Below, piece by piece: positions 28,203 through 42,589 of a stretch of DNA of 64,000 bases. Under the pieces are notes generated by a model that did no database searches, was not told the origin of the DNA, and saw nothing but the letters and a program-made list of their open reading frames with translations. Made by a program: the position numbers and the translations under genes. The stretch comes from the human T2T-CHM13v2.0 reference genome, Homo sapiens. How positions within the stretch are numbered: position 1 is the stretch's first letter; every line of letters begins with the position of its first letter. The stretch lies in the NCBI RefSeq assembly GCF_009914755.1, contig NC_060947.1. One strand, given 5' to 3'.

Positions 28203-31015
28203 AAAAAGAGTGGTTTACCCCTCTACTGGCACTTCTCAATGTAATTTAGCACTTAAAAATTCAATTGTCATGAAGTCTCCTCAATTTTTTTAATCTAGTG
28301 TTTCCTAAACTTGTTTTATCTCATATTCAGCCTCACTCAAACATACTTTTTTGCATAAAGTCTATTAAGTAAACACCATATCATGAAAATTATAGGGTTT
28401 TTAAAAAGTATATCTGGAGACCTTTCTCAATAATAACCGCTCTCCAGTGTAAATTTGTTGCTTTGCTTCAGAGAATCTCCGAACTTTTCCAGTGAAGAAA
28501 CATTTTATTTTCCCAGCTATTATAATCTCTTGGGGTAGAGTAGAATGAATGGGGAGGAAGAAATAAGATAATATTAACTGTAAAAGCTGCTGGAGCAGGG
28601 TCCAGTGCCTTTAGGACTCTCTCCACTGAGTCTTGATGGCTAGTAAGGAAAAACAGTGGAGATTAAAAGGGTCCAGTGTCAGACGAGACAAGTGGATTGT
28701 AGTTAACTTGATGGTCATGCCTTTGTCAGTCTTCAGAGTGCCTGTTATAACTCTCTTGTCTATATTTCTATCTCACTCCAATCTTCTCTTGTGATTTTGC
28801 ACAGTTTTTACCTCTTCTGGAAGAACACACTTGAATAATAGACATGATCAGGAGATGGTGTTTGTATTTGTACTACCTTGCTACACAAACATACACCCAG
28901 CCTTGGGACCCCCTTTTAACTGATTTGTTTCACAGAAGACTTTATTATAAAATTCTGATCATATGTAAGAATTTTTAAAGTTTTTGGTAGTTAATGTTAC
29001 TGCTTAAAGGAAAGCTTACAGTTTCCAAATTCAGGTAACACAAGACAATCAAAAACTTCAAATGAGTCATAAAAGAGAAAATACAGTATTGCCAAAATAA
29101 ATCTACAATAGATATACATGCAGCTTTGAAAGATCTAAATAAAAACTTTTCTACAAAAGTGAAAAAAGTTCATATCCAAAGTTGGGAAAGGCAGTCTTCC
29201 TTCAAATGCATTTTCTAAATGTATCAGCCTGAAAATAATTAATTCCAGAAAATGGCTTCAAATGCATTGTCATTCACAGGAAAATCATCATTAGAATCAT
29301 TCAGATTCACTCCTACCTTTCAACTCATAAGACAAAATTAGACACAATGGCCTACTTAAGGAATACACACACACACTAGCGGTATTATAGCTTTGAATTT
29401 TTGATTCATCATTGATAGCACAGTGAGGAGCATAATATAGGGCGAATGTTTTAAGAATTCAACAAACCATGTCAAGTATTTTGTAATGAAATTCTTCTGA
29501 AATTCATTTTTAATTACAAAATGTGTACTTTCTCAATAAATGATAGTTTATATAAGTCTAGGAAACAAGTGTTTCTCAACAAAATTATGGGGATTCTTTA
29601 CTGGACTTTCTTTATGCCTGTATTAAATCAAACCCATTCCATAAATATTTATCAACAGCTATGTGCCAAGACTCATGCTACCTGTTGGGGGATGTAGAGT
29701 CACAATCTATTGAAATCTGGTGAGTTCATCTTAATTAGAATTGAGGTCACACTGCAGAGAAAATGTTTCAAGAGTGTTTTAAAGTATAAAAGGAAACCTT
29801 CATGTTTGGTAATCTTCCGGGTTTCATGAACATTGTGTCATGATTTTTTTTCAAAGTTATTCATGGGCTTTCAAACTATGAGTTGGTGCAGGTATTTAGT
29901 ATCTTTTTATATTTGGTTCTTACTCTCCCCCACTCCAATCTATCATGTTAAAAGGCATTTGAAGGTGAATGACTTGCATCATGAATAAACTCAATTGTTC
30001 AGCAGACAGCTCTTTAATTATAAATCTTTAAATGTTTGGGAGGACAGCATTTTACTTAAATTCCCTTCATACAATGACAAATTATGAAAATACAACTTTT
30101 GTATTCTATAATTAAGAGAAGATAATGCTAAAAAAGGCCGAAAGACATATTCTTTTTTTAAGTGTATATAATGGTACATGTTTACCTGCTGTCTTTTCCA
30201 TAACATTTAAAGTCATTTATGCAGTGAATATGGCAAAGTGTCTTGCTATTAAAAAATATATTCTTTCTGCAGTACAGAACACTTTAACAAAGTAATGCTG
30301 GATATGTTTCAAGTCAGTAACTCTAATGGCATTCTTCAATTTCTCATATTACTAACCCCTCAGAACAAAAGTGCCACTATTAATAGGGTTCAGATATTCT
30401 CACTAACTCATTTTGATTTCCATTGAAACCTTTTCTTCATATTACATGGACTTTCTAAAAAGTCTTCAAGCTTTTTAAATATTGAATGTGAAGACTAAAG
30501 CCAGAAGCTATTTATTTGGGAAATGAATTATCCTAATCTCTTGCAGCCATTTCTATACTATAAAAACGAAGGAAAGAAATGAAGAATAACAACAGGAGGG
30601 ACAAATGAGCAATGACAAAACTGAAGCCTGGTTTGAACGAGATAGTTTTTGATTTCCAAATGAGAATTTAATGGTAAAATTCAGGAGTATTCAAAACTAG
30701 GTGTCTAGTTTATAGTTGCTAAAATGTAATGAACTTGCCTTGTTAAATTGGCTTAGGAATTTATAGTATCAGTTTTCACAATTCAAACCTATATAGAGAA
30801 GACACATTTTAAATCAACTAATCAAATGCATTCTTTAAATCCCTCAATATATCCTAATGTACCCAGCAACGTGTTAGGCCAGTGGTTCGCAAACTTTTCC
30901 TTACTTGAGTCTGCGGGTAGGCTTGTTACCACACAGATGAGCTTTAATGCCACAGCTTCTGATTCAGTAGGTCTGGGGTGGGACCCAACACTTTGCATTC
31001 TAACATATTTTCAGG

Positions 31016-31206
31016 TGTTATTAGGCTGGCATTACAAAACACCACAGTCTTGGGTGGCTTAAACAACAGAAATTTATTTCTGACAATTCTGGAGACTGGT
31101 AAGTCTAAGATCAAGATGCTGGCAGGGTGGATTTTATTCTAAGACCCCCTCTCTTGGCTTGTAGCAGGCTGCCACCTCCATGTGTGCTCAAGTGACCTAT
31201 TCTTTG

Positions 31207-31256
<50 letters not shown>

Positions 31257-31440
31257 TCTATGGTGTCTATTCTTCATCTTATAAGGACACCAGCCCTGTC
31301 CCTATCAGATTAGGGCCTCACTCTTTTGACCTCATTTAACCTTAAATACCTCCTTAAAGGTCCAATCTCCAAATACAGTCACATTGGGGGTTAGGGCTTC
31401 AATATATGGATTTCTGGAGAACACAATTCAATCCATAACA
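31016..31440 (-). mobile_element. MLT1A0-like MaLR LTR
   Basis: GGTGGCTTAAACAACAGAAATTTATT...GGGGTTAGGGCTTCAA...TCCATAACA. Confidence 0.75.
31210..31254. repeat. (GA)n microsatellite
   Basis: About 22 perfect AG units inside MLT1A0. Confidence 0.95.
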
Positions 31441-33369
31441 CCTGGTGATGCTGCTGCCATGGTTCCAGAAACCACACTTTTGAGAACTAGTATATTAGAT
31501 ACTGTGATTAATACAAAAGTATATTTGCAAAGGCTACTGTCTTCAATAAGCTTCTGTTATTTTCAAGAGAAAGATCTAAGAAATATAAAATATGTAGAGG
31601 GCAAACTAAAGATACAAATGCTTAATTTTATGCATGTGTCAAAACATAAAGTATATACATGAATTAGAAATTTGGACATGAGGTTCTTATGAACACCTTG
31701 TTGTTGGTAAGATATCAGATAGCACTACTAAAATTGGTAAGATTTTGAAAGTTAACGTGAAAAAAATATGGATACGAGGAAACAACAAGGCAATGATGTG
31801 GAGTTTGGAATGAGTGGAGTATATTTGAATGGAAAAAGTAAGACGATTTTGTCTGAAGAAAAACTTATGTGGATTATAATGGGAGATAAGGCTGATAAAT
31901 TGGATTAAACTATGAAGAGTAAGAATTATAGGGTCTGTAAGTTCCCAAGAAAAAGAAAACATGATGAAATTGGAACAATGAACACTGAACAAGAATGAGA
32001 TCTAGGTGGTTCAGGGAAGTATCTACATTTTACATGCTCTCTACTTTCTCTTTGTTTGCTGTGTTTCTGGAATTTGTAAATTGCAAAATATTGATGACTG
32101 TTGAGAGAGCTTATTTCTTTGAACCATAATGCATGAAAATCATCTATAACTCTTGGCTTGCAAAAAGGAATCCACAATCTTTCTCCATATTACAAATTAT
32201 ATAATGTCAAGTAAGAAAGTGCAAAATAATTATGAACAGAATTTTGTCTCTTTACATTCATTCAACATCACCACCAAGAAATTACTTGTCTAGAATTTGG
32301 CTGACACTTTGGAAATGTACATAACTTATTTATATTAAAGAGTTTAACTGTATTTCTAGTGTATATAAATATGCTCTTATGATGCATTATTTTGTTTGGT
32401 TTCCATTCTCAGTAGAAAGAATAGATATTATTTTCCCTATGGTTTTATTCTCAATGGAATGAATTATACTTATGATTTTATAGTTATGCCATATATATTT
32501 GAAATCAATGTTTTTAAGGTAAACCTGGAGAATAAAAATTAACAAATATACTAATGTACCTCAAGGACTGTATTATTAAAATTTATTTTGCAACGTTTGT
32601 TTATTTGGATTAGTTAAAAGTAGAGATGTCTTAGTTATACCACTTTATAATTAAAAAAAATCTAGCCCCAAAATGAAACTCAAGCCTTTCATGGTGCAAA
32701 AGAGAGGACAATCTCATTGTCAATCTGTGTGCTCAGAAAAACTCATTTTAATGGAGACAAAATTATAATGCGTGAAGAAAGCCTGTACTTCTTGGAATTC
32801 CTCTTGTAATGTATTTCCAAGAGCAGTTACTTTCTACAAACCGAAGTTTCTAGTGAATATAATGTCATAAATATAGTGTTGGTGAAGCGCACCACAATTG
32901 TGTTGAAAATGGATAGATGTTTATTCAACACAAGAATACAATTTATAAAATTATTGCCGGGAAAAAGCATAGGGACTAACATGTTTGCCACCAGTGCTGA
33001 CTCAATTTGTTCACTGGGAAGGCATATCATGATATAGTATTAAGTGTATGAAACAAATTAGGAAGCATCTCTCTTTTCTGCTGTAAGACTGTTAGAATGC
33101 CACTGGAATTATTTATTTCTTAAAGGTTGGGAAGAAATCACCCATAGATTCCACTCACGCACTTTTCTATGGGGGTCATTCATTGACATCTCATTGAATT
33201 TCTTCTATAATTATTGTTCTATTCTGGATTTAGGACTCTTCTTTAGTTGGTTTTGTTCATTTATATTTTCCTAGAAAAACTTCCTTTTTGGGAAGAGAAA
33301 TTAATATTTATGGCTATATAATTGCTTTTTATGTTTTCTTATAATTTTTAAACTCCTCTGTATATATGG

Positions 33370-33712
33370 TGCTATGGTTTGAATGTATGTATCCCTCTAA
33401 AATTCATGTTGGAACTTAACCCCCAAGGTAATGGTATTAAGGGTTCTGCCCTCTTGAATGTGATTGGTGTCCTTATAAAAGGGATTGAGAAAGCAAATTT
33501 GTCCCTTTTGCCCTTCCACCTTCCCTCATGTGAGAACAAGGCAACAAGGTACCACCTTGGAAGAAGAGAGCAAGCCTTCACCAGACACCGAATCTGCTGA
33601 TGCCTTGATCTTGGACTTTTCAGCCTCCAGAACTGCGAGCAATAAATCTTTGTTATTTATAAATTACCCAGTCTAAGGTATTTTGCCATAGCAGCCTGAA
33701 TGATCTAAGACA
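33370..33712 (+). mobile_element. MSTD-like MaLR solo LTR
   Basis: TGCTATGGTTTGAATG...CTAAGACA; 5-bp TSD TATGG / TGTGG. Confidence 0.75.
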
Positions 33713-34220
33713 TGTGGTTATATACATATTTTTTACTCATAATTTCACATACTTCATCTTTAATTCTTTATTCTAGATCAGTATTAGCAGTTTTACATAA
33801 TTTATTGTTCTTTAAATACTCTGTTATACTAATTTCCTCTTTCCAAAGTATTTTAACTATATCATATCTTCTGCTTTAAAAAAATCTGTATTAGGCTTCT
33901 CAGTAATTTATATTTTAACCTATTTTTCATATTTTTGTAATGAGTAACTTTTTGCATGGACCAAAGCCTAAAATTTATACATAAGCCTAAAATTTATATA
34001 AAAATATATGTCATACAGTGAAAAAAGCTTCTTATTTCACATCTTGTTCACAACCTTCCTTCTTCCTAACCACTTTTCATAATTCTCATGTATCCTTTCA
34101 AAGATTTATAAGCAAATACTTGCAAATATGAAGATATATGATTCTCCCTCTTCTAACAAAACAACTTCAATATAATGTTTTTCAGTTTGCTTTTACTTAT
34201 TATTTCTTGTAGATGTTTCT

Positions 34221-34523
<303 letters not shown>

Positions 34524-34533
34524 TGATGTTTCT

Positions 34534-35760
34534 TTTTTAATTTAATTTTTGTGGGTACATAGTAGGTGTATATATTTATGTAGTACATGAGATGTTTTGA
34601 TACAGACATGCAATGTGAAATAATCACAGCATGGAGAATAGGGTATCCATCACCTCAAGCACTTATCCTTTGTGTTACAAACAATCCAATTATACTTTTA
34701 GTTATTTAAAAATGTACAATTAAGTTATTACTAACCTTAGTTACCCTGTTGTGCTATCCAATGGTAGGTTTTATGCATTCTTTTAAATTTTTTTTTGTAT
34801 CCATTAACCATACCCACCTACCTCCAACCCCACACTACCATTCCTAGGCTCTGGTAACCATCCTTCTACTGTCTATGTCCATGAGTTCAATTGTTTCGAT
34901 TTTTAGATCCAACAAAATACGGGAGAACATGAGACATTAGTCTTTCTGTGCCTGGCTTATTCACTTAACATAATGATCTCCAGTTCCATCCATGTTGTTG
35001 TAATGACAGGATCTCATTCTTTATGACTAGTACTCCGTTGTGTATATGTACATTTTCTTTATCCGTTTATCCTTGTCTATTGTGAACAGTGCTGCAACAA
35101 ACACGGGAGTGCAGTTATCTCTTCAATATGCTGATTTCCTTTCTTTCGAGCGTATACCCAGCAGTGGGATTACTGGATCATATGGTAGCTCTATTTTTAG
35201 TTTTTTGAGGAACCTTCAAACTGTTCTCCATAGTGGTTGTACTAATTTACATTCCCCTCTAACAGTATATGAGGGTTCTCTTTTTTTCGACTTCCTTACC
35301 AGCATTTGTTATTGCCTGTCTTTTGGATATAAGCCATTTTAACTGGGGTGAGATGATATCTCATGGTACAGCTGCACCCCGTCTCTTTTTAGCATTTATT
35401 ATAAACAATGAATAAAGACTTTATGTATCATTTTTTTACATAGTGAGCACACCTGTAGGATAAATTCCAGGAAGTGTAATCGCTGGATGAAAAGGTATAC
35501 ATTAAGTTTAATAGATATTGCCAAATTGTCTTCTAACAAAGGAAACATTGTTAGATGCTTTTCCTGTAGAGTTGGGATATAGCTACTTATATCTTCTGGT
35601 TATTAATCCCTTGTCAGGTGGGTAGTTTGCAAATATTTTCTCCCATTCTCTGTGTTGTCTCTTTACTCTGTTGATTGTTTCCTTTGCTGTACAGCAGCTT
35701 TTTAACTTGATGTGATCCCCTTTGTCCATTTTTGCTTTGGTTGCCTGTGCTTTTGGGGTA
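34534..35760 (-). mobile_element. L1MA2/3-like 5'-truncated LINE
   Basis: TTTTTGTGGGTACATAGTAGGTG 3' end; TSD TCTTGTAGATGTTTCT at 34205 and 35761. Confidence 0.75.
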
Positions 35761-35768
35761 TCTTGTAG

Positions 35769-36082
<314 letters not shown>

Positions 36083-36109
36083 AGATGTTTCTATATCAAT
36101 ACTTAAGGT

Positions 36110-36167
36110 TTCTCCAGGTTTATTTTACTTATATACTTTTCTCCAGGTTTATTTTACTTATATACTT
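36110..36167. repeat. Perfect 29-bp tandem duplication
   Basis: TTCTCCAGGTTTATTTTACTTATATACTT occurs twice. Confidence 0.9.
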
Positions 36168-36242
36168 ACTGTAATTAGTTTCACCAGTGTTCTTTTGGCA
36201 GCTATTCAGGGTTTTTTTCTTTCCTTTTAGCATTAAGAAATA

Positions 36243-36527
36243 TTTCTTGAGACAAGGTCTCACTCTGTTACCCAGGCTGGAGTACAGTAATGTGATGATA
36301 GCTTACTGCAGCCTTGAATTCCTGGGCTCAAGCGATCCTCCCACCTTAGTCTCCCTGGTAGCTGGGATTACAGGTATGCAACACCACACTCTAATTTTTA
36401 AATTATTTGTAGAGGTGGGGTCTTGAAATGTTCCCCAGGCTGGTCGTAAACCCCTGGCCTCAAGTGATCCTCCCACCTCAGCCTCCCAAAGTGTTGGGAT
36501 TACAGGCATGATCCACTGCACCCAAGC
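36243..36527 (-). mobile_element. AluJ
   Basis: CTGGGCTCAAGCGATCCTCCCACC and CTGGCCTCAAGTGATCCTCCC J-type positions; highly diverged. Confidence 0.85.
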
Positions 36528-36539
36528 TCTTTTTAGCAT

Positions 36540-37310
36540 GTATTATAAACAATGAATAAAGACTTTATGTGTCACTTTTTACATAGTGAATATATCTGTA
36601 GGATAAATTCCAGGAAGTGTAATCGTTGGATCAAAAGGTATACAGTAAGTTTGATAGATATTGCCAAATTGTCTTCCAAGAGGTTGTATAAATTATAATT
36701 CTTACTAAAAAGAATGGGACTGCGTATTTCCCTATAGCCTTGCCAACACTGTGTATCGTCAAACTTTTTTAAAAGCTTCCCAACCAGTGGGTAAAAAATA
36801 TCATCTCAGTACATTTTAATTTGCATCTCCTTTTAGCAGTAAAATAGAGTATGCTTCTTTATATTTAAGAGTCAATTGTATTTTATTTTCCATGAGCCAT
36901 CTCTTTATGTCCATTAATCATTTGGGTGGGGGAGTGGTTAGTATTCAGATATTATGGAACATATTTTTATTTGTAATGTGAGTTACAAATCTTTTTTTCA
37001 CAACCTATTATTTATCTTTTGACTTTGCTTATGTTTTTTATGCAGATTTTTTAATGTTACATAATTGAATTATCAGTGCTTTATATGTGGTTTCTGAAGT
37101 TTGACCAAAGTAGAAAGATCTCTTCCTATTTACTCCTAGTTGTGAAAGAATTTTCCCGTGTTTGTCAAGTTAGTTTTGGTTTTGGGTTGCACTTTGTATG
37201 TTTAAATCTGTTGTCCTTTGGAAATTGGTGTGCACCATGAGGTAGAGAGTAATTTTTTTGTTCACAAAAGTACCCAGTTATTCAAACATTATTTTTGCCA
37301 CTTTTATTGT
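36540..37310 (-). mobile_element. Ancient L1 (L1ME/MC-like) ORF2/3' fragment
   Basis: GGATCAAAAGGTAT...TTGCCAAATTG...CTTGCCAACACTG...TTTAATTTGCAT motifs. Confidence 0.55.
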
Positions 37311-38913
37311 ATACCAACATCCCTGCTAGAATTTTCATTATCCTACCCGATTTCCAGACTGTGTCTGGCTCCTCTGGTAATAAGAGGGATGGGAGCAGAA
37401 GTAGTAAAGGGTCCAGAAAGGCCTCATTTGATTGGCACCCATGTGCCATTGATTTCCTCTGGTTGTGGCAAACACTTAAGTCTGACTCTTTATCAGGAAG
37501 GTACTTCTTGTCGTTTGCCACTAAGAGAGTTACTACCAACAACTTCTTCAAAGTTGGTGAATGGCTCTCCACATTTGTCAATTTAGTCTCCTTCCCATCC
37601 TCACATACCATATTTTGCTGAGGTTTTCTTGCCTGCTCAGAAAGTTTCTTAAAGTACATTCAGAAAATCTTTCCCTCTTGTGTTGTCCACATTTGTTCCT
37701 CTGATAAAGTACATGGGGGCAAAGGTAGAACATCAACAACTTGCTTTTAAAAAAATTCCTCTCTTGAGTGTTCAAAATTTCCTTTTACTAACTACATGTG
37801 GGTGAGAGGCTACAAGGAATAAAATTCATTATTTATTTGTTTTCTTTATCTTTGTTCCTTCTAAATCCTGTATGGTCATTTTGTAACTCACCTTGGGCAT
37901 AACTGGAACTGAGATTTAATAGTGTTCATTTAACATCCTGTTGTATAAGCTATTTACCATGTTATCTATTTCCTTATTACTTGATCTTTGAAAACTTATT
38001 GATATGTTTTACATAGTCTACCATAATTATGGTTTTCTCAATTTTGTCTTCTATTTCTGTGCTAGTTTTCTATTGTGAATGTGACAAATCACCACAAACT
38101 TATTGGCTCAAAACAAAAAAATATTATCTTAAGTAAGGGCTCAATAAACTGTAGCTATTAATATTTATTTTTTCCTGTTCTCGGAAAGCCTATTCCATTT
38201 GATGTTCAGATCTTATGCTCATGGAACTTTTTTACTTTTTGTTTTTCTTTAGTTTGCTCTCTCTTTATAGAGTTCTTATTATACATATTGAATTTCCTGG
38301 ATTTGTCCTCTAGGTCCCTTATCCTTTCACTTATCAACTTCATTTCATTAACCATTTCCTCTGACTTCTGAGAAAATGTCTCAGATCAATCTTTTAAATT
38401 AATTACATGGATTTCTGCAGCATTAAGTTTGTTGTTTACTGTCTCTTGAATTTTTTAATTTGATCAGTATGTCTACTGATTTGTAAAGGCTGAAAGAGGT
38501 ATGCAAAATCTCTCACTATGATTGTGGTTTTGTTCATTGCTTGAAAATAACTATTTTGAATTTCTGATTGATTTCATTTCATAGAATAATAATGTAGTTC
38601 ATTTTAAGGTTTAAAACTAGATATTTAATAACTGTTTTCTTCTGCTCTTTCATAGGAGAATATTAACTTGGACTCACCAATATGGTGGAAAGTTTACCCT
38701 TTTCATTTATCTTTTTCTCCCTGCTCATTCTTCAAATCAAGAGACAAACTTTACAAGAAAACATGTCTATACTCATCTGTTGTAGTAATAGACAAAGGAA
38801 AAAGATGCATGTTCTTTTGTTTTTGATAAAGTGTGACTTTGTCTCATGTAATGAATTGTATTACTTTGCTGTGCAGTTAATTTTCAGCACTTCATATGTA
38901 GGCACCATTGGAT

Positions 38914-39011
38914 GAGGAGGAAAGGAAGGAAGAGGAGGAGAAACAGAAGAAGGAAAAAGAAGGGAGAGGAGGAGAAAAGGAAAGAAAAAGAGGGAGGGAG
39001 GAAGGAAGGAA
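38914..39011. repeat. Purine-rich (GA) low-complexity tract
   Basis: About 100 bp of almost pure A/G. Confidence 0.85.
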
Positions 39012-39302
39012 TCACTTATGCCCCTTCTTTTACTTAAAAATCATATTTTGCTATTTCAATGATTGAGTATATTTACAGTGTGTTTTGATATTGCTGATAA
39101 ATTCTGTTTTTCAGCCCTATTGAGGTATAATTGACAAATAAAAATTATATATTTAAGATGTACAACATGATGATTTGATATACATATATATTGCAAAATG
39201 ATCACCAAAATCAAACTAATTAAGACACCCATCACATCACATAATTACCAATTTTTTGTGGTGAGAACACTTAGGACCTACTCTCTTAACAAATTTCAAG
39301 TA

Positions 39303-39629
39303 CATTCATGCACCCCATAATGTTTCAGTCAATGGTGGATTGTATATATGATGGTGGTCTCGTAAGATTATAGTATAGTACTATATTTTTACAGTATCTT
39401 TTCTTTTCTATGATTAGAGACACGAATACTTACCATTGTGTTACTATTTCCTTATGCTATCTAGTCCACTCAGCCCAGGAGCAATAGGCCATACCATATG
39501 GCCTAGGTGTGTAATAGGCTATGCCATCTAGGTTTGTGTAAGTACGCTCTAAGATGTTTACACAATGACAAAATTGCCTGATGATGCATCTCTCAGAACG
39601 TATCCCCATCATTAAGCAACACATGACTA
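39303..39629 (+). mobile_element. Tigger3a (MER7A) DNA transposon
   Basis: Degenerate CAGTCATG/CATGACTG terminal inverted repeats; TA flanks; GCCATCTAGGTTTGTGTAAGTAC core. Confidence 0.8.
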
Positions 39630-39775
39630 TATACAATACAGTTGTGTTAACTATAGTCACCATGAGGTACATTACATCCCCAGAACTTATGCATCTTGCA
39701 GCTGAAAATATGTGCCCTTTGACCAGTATCTGCCTATTTCCCCTCCCTCCTTCCGCATCTGGTGACCACAATTCT

Positions 39776-40270
39776 TCTTTTAAATTTAATGTAATAGTAG
39801 ATTCAGGAAGTACATGTGCAGGTTTGTTATGTGGGTATATTGCATAATGCTGAGGTTTGGGCTTCTAGCGAACCCATATAAATAGAGAACATTGTACCCA
39901 ATAAATAATTTTTTCCTTCACCACCCTCCAACCCTCCCCCTTTTGAATTCACCAGTGTCTATTATTTCCATCATTATATCCATGTGTACGCATTATTTAG
40001 CTCCCACTTATAAGTGAGAAAATGTGGTATTTGATTTTCTGTTTCTGAGATATTTCACTTAGGATAATGGCCTCCATCTCCATCCATGTTGCTGTGAAGA
40101 ACATGATTGCATTCTTTTTTATGACTGCATAATCTGATCTCTGACAAAGCTAACAAAAATAAACAATACAGAAAGGACAGTGTATTCAATAAACAGTGCT
40201 GGAAAAACTGGCTAGCCATATGCAGAAGAATGACACTGGACCCCTATCTCTCACCATATAGAAAAATTAA
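39776..40270 (-). mobile_element. L1PA15/16-like insertion with 5' inversion
   Basis: Minus-strand 3' end at 39776-40131, then a plus-strand ORF2 piece at 40132-40270; TSD CACAATTCT / CACAGTTCT. Confidence 0.75.
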
Positions 40271-40995
40271 CACAGTTCTAATCTCTGCTTCTATGAGTTC
40301 AACTTTTAAAGATTATATATATAGATGAGATTATGTCGTATTTATCTTTCTATGTCTGGTTTATTTCACTTAGTATAATGTCCTCCAGCTTCATCCCTGT
40401 TGTCATAAATGGCAGGATTTCTCTATTTTTTATGGCAGAGTAATATATATATACCACATGGTTTTTATCCATTCATCCATTGATAAACACTTAGGTTGAT
40501 TCCATATCTTGGCTATTAATGCTACAGTGAGTAAGAGAGTGCAGACATATTTTCAAGATACTAATTTTATTTCCTAGGGAAATATACCTAGAAGTAGAAT
40601 TTCTGGATCATATGCTAGTTATATTTTTAATTTTTGAGGAATCTCCATACTGTTCTCCATAATGACCATATCAATTTATATGCCTAGCAACAGTGAGCAA
40701 TGGTTTACTTTTCTCCATACCATCACCAACACTTGTTATCTCTTATATTTTTGTTAGTAGCCGTTCTATCAGGTATGAGATGATATCTCATTGTAGTTTT
40801 GATTTGCATTTCCTTTATTATTGGCAGTGGGAACACTTTTTCATATGCCTGTTAGTCATTTGTATGTCTTCTTTGGAAAAATGTCTGTTCCATTTCTTTG
40901 CCCATTTTTAGTTGGGTTACTTGTTTGTTTTTGTTTTTGAGTTGTAAGAGTTTCTTGTATATTTTGGATATTATCCCCTTATCAGATACAGTCAT

Positions 40996-41370
40996 GTGTG
41001 GGTTGCCTGGTTCAGCTTTGAATGACTTCCCTCTTGTCTGAAAACTGCCTAGTTGTATAAAAACTTACCCCTATTTTGTGACTCCAGCCTTTTAATTATA
41101 CCTACATGATCTTGGGGTGGAATCAGGACTAAAACTGGGCCAATCAGATACTTTTGCCCTGGAAATGTCAAGAGGGAAACAAGCTAGGGATTGGTTAGTT
41201 GAGTTAGGCTAATAGAAATGCTCATATCGATTAGGTATCTTAATTCTTTCTGCAGAGATCCACTTGGCTTCTTGTTTTAATTATAAACTCTTCCTCTATC
41301 CTTCTAATGAATTATCTTTTATTATGCTTCTAGCCAAAGTTACCTTCTGTTACTTTCAACCAAAACTTCA
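40996..41370 (+). mobile_element. Old ERVL LTR fragment (LTR33/LTR16-like)
   Basis: CTGGGCCAATCAGA...CCCTGGAA and TTCTGTTACTTTCAACCAAAA motifs. Confidence 0.4.
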
Positions 41371-41391
41371 GAATTTGACCCATTTTATATC

Positions 41392-41444
41392 TTTTTTATT
41401 TTTAATTTTTATGGATACATAGTAGGTATATATATTTATGGAGT
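41392..41444 (-). mobile_element. 53-bp extremely 5'-truncated L1MA-type insertion
   Basis: T-tail plus ATGGATACATAGTAGGTATATATATTTATGGAGT; perfect 11-bp TSD CATTTTATATC. Confidence 0.75.
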
Positions 41445-42589
41445 CATTTTATATCATTGATGCTAAGAACATTTTGCAGCAAAATTGTTGAATGTGTATA
41501 ATTTCAAGCCACAAAATAATAAAGATACCAAATGGTAAGATTTGATTGAAAGGAATGTATAAACTCCAGCACGTATTACTAAATCTTTAGCATTTCTGAA
41601 AATCAAATATGTTTTGCTTTGGTTCTCAGGGGAAGTTCAGCATCTACATGTAAAAGAACTCAGTGATTGCTGGGAAGCCAATGAACATTTATTTCAAATA
41701 TACTATAATCAGGTTTTTTAAAGAGAAAATTCATCCGTTTTTTACTATTAGGACATCACAATACACTTTTATGTTACTTTATATTTTCAAAACCCTTAAT
41801 CATAACTTATGAGTTAATCCTGACCATGTTAGTTAATGTAGTCTCAAATAAGTAATTTCATACAAGGAAACTCAAGCACAGAGAAGCGTCTTTAACCCAG
41901 GTTTTTAATCAAGATTGTTGCTGAGCCAAGAGAACTCCCCAGCATGTAACTTCTATGCCTGTGAAATTGAGTCTAAATTATAACAGCTTCTTTAGAACTT
42001 GTCAAATACCCTCAGTAAAAATTCAAGGGCATGTAATACCATGGGAGTTACTTGTCCAAATGTATTTTAACATGACCCAGCATGCAAGTTACTCTCTAAA
42101 GATCCATGGGGGTTGTGAGTCAAGAGCAGATGTGGTGTGTAAGAATTGTAGGCACTGCTGTGTCTCCAGCACTGATGTGTTCTCACATTGAGAAAGACAC
42201 TCACAGACTGTCTACCAACAGCCACCATCATACTGGGAAAATTATCATAGAGATCTTTAAAAGAGTTTGTTCCTTCATTATTTGATTTTATGAGCTTTAA
42301 AAACATAAAGATGATAGATAAATAAATAGATATACAGAGGTATGTCGATATATAGATATTTTATTAATCACTTGGATATAGCCACACAAATAGCAATGTC
42401 AGTGTCCCATCTTTTACCATATATAACTACTTTCTTTCACTTTTCTCGGCCTCTGAAGAAAATATCACTTATGGGAAAAGTCCAAGGTCTGACTATAACC
42501 ATCTTATGTAATTGTTTGACTGTGGGAATTCCAGGGTCATCCATAAACTGGCACCTCTCAATTTCCTTGTATGCCACAGAAGCTTTTGC

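Larger units (their letters stand above)
30880..31492 (-). mobile_element. MER5A (hAT-Charlie) interrupted by MLT1A0
   Basis: CAGTGGTTCGCAAAC...GATTCAGTAGGTCTGGGGTGGG, resuming at CCTGGTGATGCTG...CACTTTTGAGAAC. Confidence 0.7.
39108..40990 (-). mobile_element. L1MA8/9-like LINE hosting Tigger3a and an L1PA16-like insertion
   Basis: TATTGAGGTATAATTGACAAATAAAAA 3' end; colinear across both inserts. Confidence 0.7.
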
